Below are positions 56,109 to 64,000 of a stretch of 64,000 bases of DNA, piece by piece; positions within the stretch are counted from its first letter, which is position 1; each line of letters starts with the position of its first letter. Source of the DNA: Amoebidium appalachense (lineage: Eukaryota > Protista > Ichthyosporea); assembly GCA_963693365.1 (NCBI GenBank), contig CAVNZM010000016.1, positions 3,995,957 to 4,059,956 on the forward strand, read 5' to 3'. Both the position numbers and the translations under genes were made by a program. The notes under the pieces were generated by a model, which saw only the letters and a program-made list of their open reading frames with translations, ran no database searches and was not told the DNA's origin.

Positions 56109-57056
56109 ACATCGCGCGCGCTTCACGTATACACACCTGCACCACCACTCAGCACAACCCCACAACGCTGCTCCATAAAGAGCAAAGATAGAAAGAAGAT
56201 AAGGCGATCATGCACAGTCTATCTTCCTATCATGAGAGTTAATCTGTGGCTGTCATGTCCTCCCCACAAGACGGGCAAAGAGCACTTGCAGTCCTGGCAA
56301 TCATGAAATGAACACAAACTCAAGGCAGTGATACTTAAGGAACAGGAAAGCGGGTAAAATATTTACGAAGCAGGGTATCACTAACCTCCTCGACAATGGG
56401 CACAGCGCAGTTAGGCTTGTAGGCAACGTCCTCAAACGTGTACTCCTCGAGGTCTTGGTCCAGCAGATCCTGCGCCATAAGGTCTGTAGGAAAGGAGAGA
56501 AACTGACGTTAGTTTCAAAATTATGGGAGAGAAAAAAGAAACCACCAACAGAAAGAGAGATGGGTTGGTGTGAGTGTCGAAGAACAGGGAGTCAAACATA
56601 CGACGAAAAGTCTCACATCATATAGATAGTTGCGGGTAATTCCCTCCTGCAAGCACACGGTTACCTAGACACTTACCATTGTGATAGACGTTGTACTCGT
56701 CGGTGGCGAGGGGGATGATGGGCTTGATGCCGACCTTCATCGCGTGGCCACCAAGCGCGCGGTTGTCACGGGGGAAGCAGGGGCCACCATATGAATAGCC
56801 GGGCTTCAAGTATTTGCTGCCAACGCGTGAGTCGGCACCGACGGCGGCAAGAATGTCGTTCTTGTTGGCACTAAAGGCATGCACGGTCAATCACCAGCGC
56901 ACACAAAACGGCTTGCTAAAGAAACACAAGGACAAGGGTAGTGCTAGCCCTCCATCCCCGACCTCTCCACCACCACCGCTAAAAAACCCCTCAAATACAA
57001 CAGGATTGAAATACTTATTTGACCTGCTGCAATCCCTTTGCTGAAGAAGGAGAGGG

Positions 57057-57096
<40 letters not shown>

Positions 57097-58684
57097 ACAC
57101 ACACCACCCACCCTTTCTCAGAACAGACCGCTCCCCGTATCACAAAGACATGGTGAGCTCGAAAGATCAAACAGCACCATCTCCACCCTACTAGCCACTA
57201 GCACCAACATACCAGCCCCAACCCAAACACCGCTGTGTTTTTACAGCTCACTTACCCTGGTGTGCGGTCAGCAATATCGCCGACCATGTTTGCGTATGAA
57301 ATCTTCGTTGTCACGAAGCAGTTCACAGACAGCTTCGTAATCTCGGCAGATGCAAGAGACATACGGGCGATAACTGGCTTGTTCTCAACCACGTTAAGGT
57401 AAATGCGTTCGATCTCCTCTCCGCTAGCCTTATTGTCTTCACCGATCAGAACCATGTCGGGGTTGAGCTGCCCGCGGAGAATATCGCCTTGGGCAATGAA
57501 CTCAGGGTTGTAGATAATGTGGCAACCCTCGCAGGTTTTGATCAGCTCCTTGGCAACATTGTCACAGAACTGAGGCATAACAGTGCAGCCGATAACGATA
57601 TCCTTGTTTTTGACCTGCGCACGACAGGATAGTTTAGATTCCCAGTTTATTCCAGTGAAATGATCCCCTGACAACGTGGTCATACTTCTGCACCATAACA
57701 CCAAATTACACACTTGTGCTACCTTGAGTCAAGGGCACCAATTCAGATTGTAAACAGGCTTTCGATACCGACAGAAACAGATTGGGGTGTGAAAGGGACA
57801 GGCGGGCAGCGGCGCGGGAGCGGAGGAGAGCTGGCAAGTGTGTTGGTAAAAAGATAAAAGGCAGTGAGGGGATTGGGGGGGGCGGGGGGAGGGGGCTCGA
57901 AAGTGTGTTTACTTGGAGCAACTTACCCCCATGCGGGCAAACTGCTGGAGAACCTTAGTAACGTGGGTGGTGTCATAGTGGCGGGTGCCACCGCAGCTGG
58001 GGGTCTGCACAAGCAGGAAGATGACTCGGTCGGCGTGCTCGACAGCCTCAGCAAGGCTGGTGGTAGCGCGGAAGGTCTTAGAGGCCTTCAGGAGCTCGCC
58101 CACGCCGGGCTCGCGCGCTTTAAAGGACTGTAAACAAAGTGCACAGTTACTGGCTGAACAAAGACAGGGGCAGCGCTCGAGTGCTCCAGGAACATCTTAC
58201 TAATTGATTTGACTTCCACGCTTCTTTATCATTTTACAAAGGCATCTTGTCCGTGTCACGTATTACTTTATACGTAGAAAGATAAAACAAGACAGCCGAG
58301 AAAGTTCAAAGCTCAGCAGCGAGGCGCACACGGGTTGGTAAACTCGGCCAACAGTCATGCAACCAGGCGAGTGGGCAAGGCAGAAAAGAGAAAAAAGGAG
58401 GAAAGGGGAGAGGAAAAGACATGTGGGAGGAGAAGGCAATGGAGGGAGAGGAGGGAAGGGGAGGAGTGGGGGAGGAGTGGACAAGGAGGGGAGGGGGGGG
58501 TGCGTAAGGACGAAACCAGCAAAGCAATGCACCAATCAGGCACACAAACCTTGTCGTTTAGGGCCTGGACGTAGTCGGGGAAAATGTCTACACCAAGAAC
58601 GTCATAACCGGCGCGCTCCATGCTCAGCGCCCAGCAAAGGCCGAGGGCGCCAATGCCAACGACTGACACCTTTCCTTTGCTCAT
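55869..58684 (-). CDS. UDP-glucose/GDP-mannose 6-dehydrogenase family protein, 371 aa; exons 58684-58550, 58127-57927, 57614-57256, 56870-56677, 56483-56386, 55997-55869
   Basis: Exons sum to 1116 nt and are in frame. Motifs: Rossmann VVGIGALG, VQTP, YNPEFIAQG, SAEITKLSVNCFVTTKISYAN, catalytic GYSYGGPCFPRDN, VAYKPN...EES. Confidence 0.9.
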
Positions 58685-61201
58685 GTTTGCGTTTGAAAAC
58701 TAAAAAAATGGAAACAAAAAACTCATGCAACGCAAACAGGTGGCGCGCGATTCTGTGTGGCTTAGCGTGAGAGTCACCCCATATTTATTGTTTTGTTTTT
58801 AGGGGACTAAATCGGCTATTATGATACATGATATACAGTAAAACAAAAGGAAAAGCTTGAGTGTATAACGTTAATTGGTCATAAACAGTTATAAAGTACC
58901 TTACCTTGCTTTTAGATTCGTTGATTTTAAACGGTGCGGCATTGAATGTTGGCGTATTTTGAGAAGTCACGATGCAGTGATCTTGAAAAAAATTCTGGAG
59001 GAAAAATCCATGACACGCAGCCTTACCTAGTAAAAACTGCAAATGCTTGCTCAGCAAAACAAAACAAAATTCAATATTTCTTCATTATATGCAGTGTTTT
59101 TGCTGTTGTTGTTCTTTTTCATTTGTGCTGAGTTATCGGGGTGACTTTTGCTGTGTAATTCTGCTGTGGCCATCTGATTGGTCGGATGCAGATTGACACG
59201 AGGTCACAGGATCACAACATCACGCACCGGGTTGTGTTCTTAAAAAAACAATAGAAACTATCATGTGATGGTAATGAAGCATAAAATATTATTTCTATTT
59301 ATGATTAGCTATATATTTCACCAAATTCTTGTGTTTTACCGTGGATGAGCTTCTACTTGTACGATCACGTTTAGAATTCCCACGTGCCGTTACGCTGATT
59401 GGTCCGTAGCTAAATAAGAAACCTGACATTTTAGCACGCTTTTTTTTTCTAAGAGTGCATGACGTCCAAAACTACGTTTGATTAAGAAACCTAATTAAAA
59501 ACCAGTATTTAATTTAATATTTACTGTCATTTTTGTAACTGCTATACATGTTTTTATGGACTTTCTACCCACTTATAGTCCCCCTTCTTTTCTAATTGAT
59601 CCAAAAATCAAAAACCATTTGATAATTGTCATAGCATAGATGTAGTGTTTGCTTTGATAATCTTCTTCATGACCCTTAGCGAATGGCAACTACGGTACAA
59701 CGCTACGCAAGGGTCCCCAAAAACTTGTAAAACATCTGTGTCCCCGCTGGGGCGTGTCGCTTTCAAAGTTTTTCTTTTTTGTACAATGTACATGTGTGGT
59801 TGGCAAGCTTTTCAAGCCGCCCCGTATCGGCCTACAGCGCTATAGTGTTAAGTTATAGTCTCACCGAGGGGTTGGGGGGCGGCACGAGCTATTCTATTAT
59901 AGTCAAATATTTTTTGCTAAAACCAACCATACAGACAGATGATGCGTCCCGGGAGCAAACATAAATATATACGTATACATTTATCGAAGCTAGCGCTAGC
60001 ATCAGGGCAGGAAATTACGCTGTTTTCGGAAATAAATATACCGTTAATTTTTTGAAAGTACCAGTAAAGCCTGGGACTTAGTTCCACCCGATTTGGAGGT
60101 TGAGGAAGTATACACTATTGTACAAGTACATGAGTAGAGTTGACCCCCCTCCCCTCCTCTCCCCACCCTCCCCCCCGGGCCCCCCGGGGCCCCCTGCCCC
60201 CCAAGCGCCTGCCCAAACCTGGAGCTCTCAGGTTTTTCCTAAAAAAAAACCCTGGAACATACAATAGCGCAAAAAGTTATCTCATTACCGCTTATCGGAG
60301 TCCGGACCGGCCCATCACCGGACAAGGTAATTTTCAAAATGCAGGTATTGTTATCCACCCCACGGGGGGTCTGGGGGCCGAAGGCCCCCCGGCGCCGGAT
60401 AGGTATACATAAATCGGATAGATATAGGGAAGTAATTTTTTTTTTCTTTTTATTTTCTTTTGACGGGATTTATTCGACGGAAAGATATGCAAGTATGCAC
60501 GGCATACTGAGAAGACAATAAAAAAACAACTTCACGAGTTATCCAGTAACAAGTGCATACTGAGATACCTGAACACTGTGTGAAAATCATATAAATACTC
60601 AATGTGACGACCAACAGAATTCAACAAAAAGTCTAAATTGGTCACATTGCCAGCCAGTGTAGCAGACACCCGTAGGGAAAGAGGTAAAACGCGACATATA
60701 AGTAAATTGGAAGTAAATATCTCCGGTCAAAAAGAGGCGGCGACTCGCCAGGTGCCAAAATACAGTAATCCTAAAATGTATTTTCTAGCCCTGGATAGCA
60801 TCAAGGACGCCATCGTTTTGACTAGAATGAGCATATATATGGGATATATGGAGGCTATATCATAATACGTATGGTATTCGATTGTTTTTTTTTGGACATA
60901 TACAACGTTTAAGGAAGGGATCTACTGGTTTACGGGGCCAACTAATTGATATTACGCTATGTGCTTTTTGAACTTTTTTTTTTTTTTAAGAACAAGGGAA
61001 AATTTATCTTGAGTATTGGGGGTGCAGTTTGGGTTGCGTCACAAGGTGCCGTCTCAGCCAATCACTCATTCTCAAGGCGCACCCATGTCCACGGGCCGGG
61101 CAGGTGACGGGCCACAAGCCTACAGCCGTTGTCACGTGTGCGAAGTGTGGCCGTAAATTTTTTGTTTTTTGTTTTTGTTTTTTGTTTTTTTTTTTTTTGT
61201 T

Positions 61202-61260
<59 letters not shown>

Positions 61261-61389
61261 AGGCTGTGTGGGGCAGAATAAGTACACCGCCCTGCAATAC
61301 GGACACATTGATATCAAATTCATGAGCGTGGCAAAACTCTGGAATCACAAAAAATAACCATGGAGGATGTTCGAGTGTTGCGTTTCGAG

Positions 61390-61494
61390 CAGGGGTGGGG
61401 CGGGTAGACAAAAACGGAATCGGGTCAGGTCGGGTCGGTCTGAGCCATGACGGGTAGAAACGGGTCTAGCCGGGTCGGGTCTAGCCCCCAAGCG

Positions 61495-61533
<39 letters not shown>

Positions 61534-61571
61534 TGGGCCCCCCCCCCTATGCTGTACCCCCCGGTCCCCCA

Positions 61572-61611
<40 letters not shown>

Positions 61612-61768
61612 CGGGGGAGGGGGGGGGGGGAGGGGGAAGGAGGCCATCTTCCCGGGCCACCCCTACGTCTCTCCCCTACAGCCCTGTAGGCCTCCCCCGG
61701 CCTCACTTGGGCCTCTTCCCTGCCCCCCCCACCCCTGCCTCCCCGCGGGCCCCCTCCCCCTCTCCCCC

Positions 61769-61811
<43 letters not shown>

Positions 61812-61925
61812 CACCCCCCCTTACCTCGGGTAGACCAAGCCAGGTTCACGGGTAAGACCGGGTCGGGTCGGGTCCAAGCCTCAACGGGTAAGACCCGGCG
61901 GGTTGGGTTTACCCGCCCACCCCTG
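61390..61925. mobile_element. Non-autonomous hAT DNA transposon (MITE)
   Basis: TIRs CAGGGGTGGG(G)CGGGTA / TACCCGCCCACCCCTG; perfect 8-bp TSD GTTTCGAG (61382-61389, 61926-61933); subterminal CGGGT repeats. Confidence 0.88.
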
Positions 61926-62769
61926 GTTTCGAGGCCGGACGAGATCCAATTCCTCGCGGGCTGAAAATAACAATTGCCTTGCGGCATGTTCAAGTTGTTT
62001 GTTCGGGGTTTACACACTTTTTATTGCGTGGACACTGCCGGAGGTGGGCACATATGCCAGCTCTGAAATTTAGGTACTGGTATTGTCATTATCATCTCTA
62101 TAACATAACATATATTATCATTTATTGCTACAAGCTCAGGTCAGTCGCACCATGTCCGGCTCCCGATCACATCAAAACCACATGTAATCGGTGATTAGGC
62201 TGCATGATTCTGCAAATTCCGCATTAAGTCAACCAATAGGCACATTAGACCGCACCAGAACCCATAGAGATGACCAATCAGAGTAGACATTCCGCGCATT
62301 TTTGTCAGGTTAAAATTTAAGTAGCACAGGTCGCCACGAAAACTGGTCGGAAACACGTGAAAACGTGTTTTCTAGCTCCTCTAGTCCAACGGAGAACTCC
62401 TAGCACACCTAACAGCCGGGCCCAGAAAAACTCAAGCGGATAGAGGTACACGTTAGCTACAGGGGACACTAAAAGCCGTCCCCGTAGGCCGGCGGGCACG
62501 GGAGTTACGCGCCGGAAAGGAGCCCCCCCTTTTTTTTCCCTGCACTTGACACAAAACCAACGTTTCCTCTTTCAGTGGTAGTGACCTTTGTCTGGGGGGA
62601 AAAACATTAACGGCACAGAATTCACACACACAGTAGCAGAGTAGAACGCGCACAGAGTAGCCGTATCCACAGATACCAGCATCCTGCACTCACCCTTTTC
62701 GCACACACAAAGTCAACAACCATCTAGCAAATAAACGCTACCCAAAACATAGCTGCACCCACCCCTACC

Positions 62770-64000
62770 ATGGAAAACCACATGGAGCTAGACGGGGACA
62801 CGTCCCTCACTGCAATATCCACCTTAAACCCACCCACACCCAATCACACGAATAGGGCAACCGAGTCGGTAGAAACCACACAACCGATGGGGGAAAGCAT
62901 GGGGGTGGGAGCGAACCCTCATCATCCCCCGGGCTCTGGAGGAAACGAGCGCTTGTCGGGCAAAAGAGGAAAGGAGGAAACAGAGGAGATGGAGAGGTCT
63001 ACCTCACGCAGGACGGACTATGCCATACCAGGTAAAACTAACGCCCCCACCCTTTCCATACTGTGTCCCCTGCCAGCAGACGACGGACACTCTGAAGCGG
63101 GCTGGTTGGCTCGGGTGTATGACTTCGTCAGCACCCAGAACCTAGCAAACAGGTACCTGGTGCACAACCGAAACCAACGGGGCATAGAGATCATGGTAGG
63201 CACAGAAGCAGAGTGGGAGGCACTAGTCACAGCACTGGTGGGGGAGGGCATTTTACCTGCCCCCCCACCCCACCCCTCCATCCGCCCGAACCCCACACGG
63301 TACATGGTCCTAATCCCGAATAGAACGGTAGAAACGTGCAATTTTCCGAGGATAGGACGAGCAAGTGACGTGGCAACCGTGCTATATGCCATAGACCTTC
63401 ACCCAGTGACCGTAACCTGGCTCCCCCCAAACCCCAACTTCCGTATCGCCAGGGAGCACTGGGCGTATGAGGGTAATTATGAGGTGGTTTTTCCGGACGA
63501 CGAACACCATAGGAAACGCATAATAAATCTCCGAGAACACTTTAGGGTCAACCGGACCTCTCTAGTGGAGGAAACATACATGACGGCGGCCCCTGCAATG
63601 CACAGGCACCGGGCCTGGGCTATCACCACACCCGGCTTAAACGAGGACACACGCCCCCCCCATCTCGAGGGGTACGATCATCGCCTCTATGAGAACACCA
63701 ACCCCACCCCCCGTGTGGTGGACACCCCTCCCGAGTGGCCCCAGGCCCGACCCTTTCCGACACAGGAGGGGGGGGGAGGAGTCAGAGGCAGTTCTGTTGC
63801 TAATCCCCATCCCACAGTCTCACATGTGTGGGTTGTGTTGGGAGCAATCCCACAAACTAACAGACACAGAGTGCCCGTTTGTTCAGTGCCTAACCTGTCG
63901 GGAGGTGGGGCACGAACCGGATGAGTGCCCCAAAAACCGCACCAGCTGTCCGTACTGTAACCGGCCGTTACACGTACACGGAAACCCCAGTAACCCCATC
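62770..64000 (+). mobile_element. Non-LTR retrotransposon (LINE) ORF1 / gag-like protein with triple CCHC knuckles, running off the window end
   Basis: Intronless 384-aa ORF. A frame change at the G-run near 63770 gives CGLCWEQSHKLTDTEC, CLTCREVGHEPDEC and CPYCNRPLH, the zinc-knuckle array typical of LINE ORF1. An LTR-type gag is not excluded. Confidence 0.65.

Noticed and set aside
58801-59585. Possible MITE with AGGGGACTA / TAGTCCCC ends
   Set aside because: TIR match is too short and there is no convincing TSD.
63760-63780. Programmed frameshift in LINE ORF1
   Set aside because: Falls in a G homopolymer; a sequencing or slippage indel is more parsimonious.

Overview
Eukaryotic genomic DNA with GT-AG spliceosomal introns packed with poly-G/poly-C, (GT)n/(AC)n and (GA)n/(TC)n tracts. 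Nearly all short ORFs in the supplied track are artefacts of these repeats. The organism cannot be fixed from sequence alone; a unicellular opisthokont is plausible but is inference. Hand-spliced genes: the 3' part of a protein O-mannosyltransferase (PMT/POMT, +); two tandem F-box/LRR-like paralogues (+, the second frameshifted); a ~25-exon sortilin/Vps10 receptor (-); and a 6-exon, 371-aa UDP-glucose/GDP-mannose dehydrogenase that looks bacterial/viral in type (-). Mobile DNA: a young, internally deleted Gypsy-like LTR element (201-bp LTRs, TTAC TSD) with a tRNA-iMet-like PBS, no polypurine tract and a second CCA-ending motif; a hAT MITE with an 8-bp TSD; TTAA-flanked foldback MITEs; the start of a LINE ORF1; several minisatellites. 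The most unusual signal is a multi-subfamily, 5'-truncated short retroposon family. It sits in G/C homopolymer tracts, lies sense to its host transcript in every assignable case, and has a covarying structured-RNA core (long hairpin, palindromic loop, pseudoknot) partly resembling an HDV-like ribozyme.
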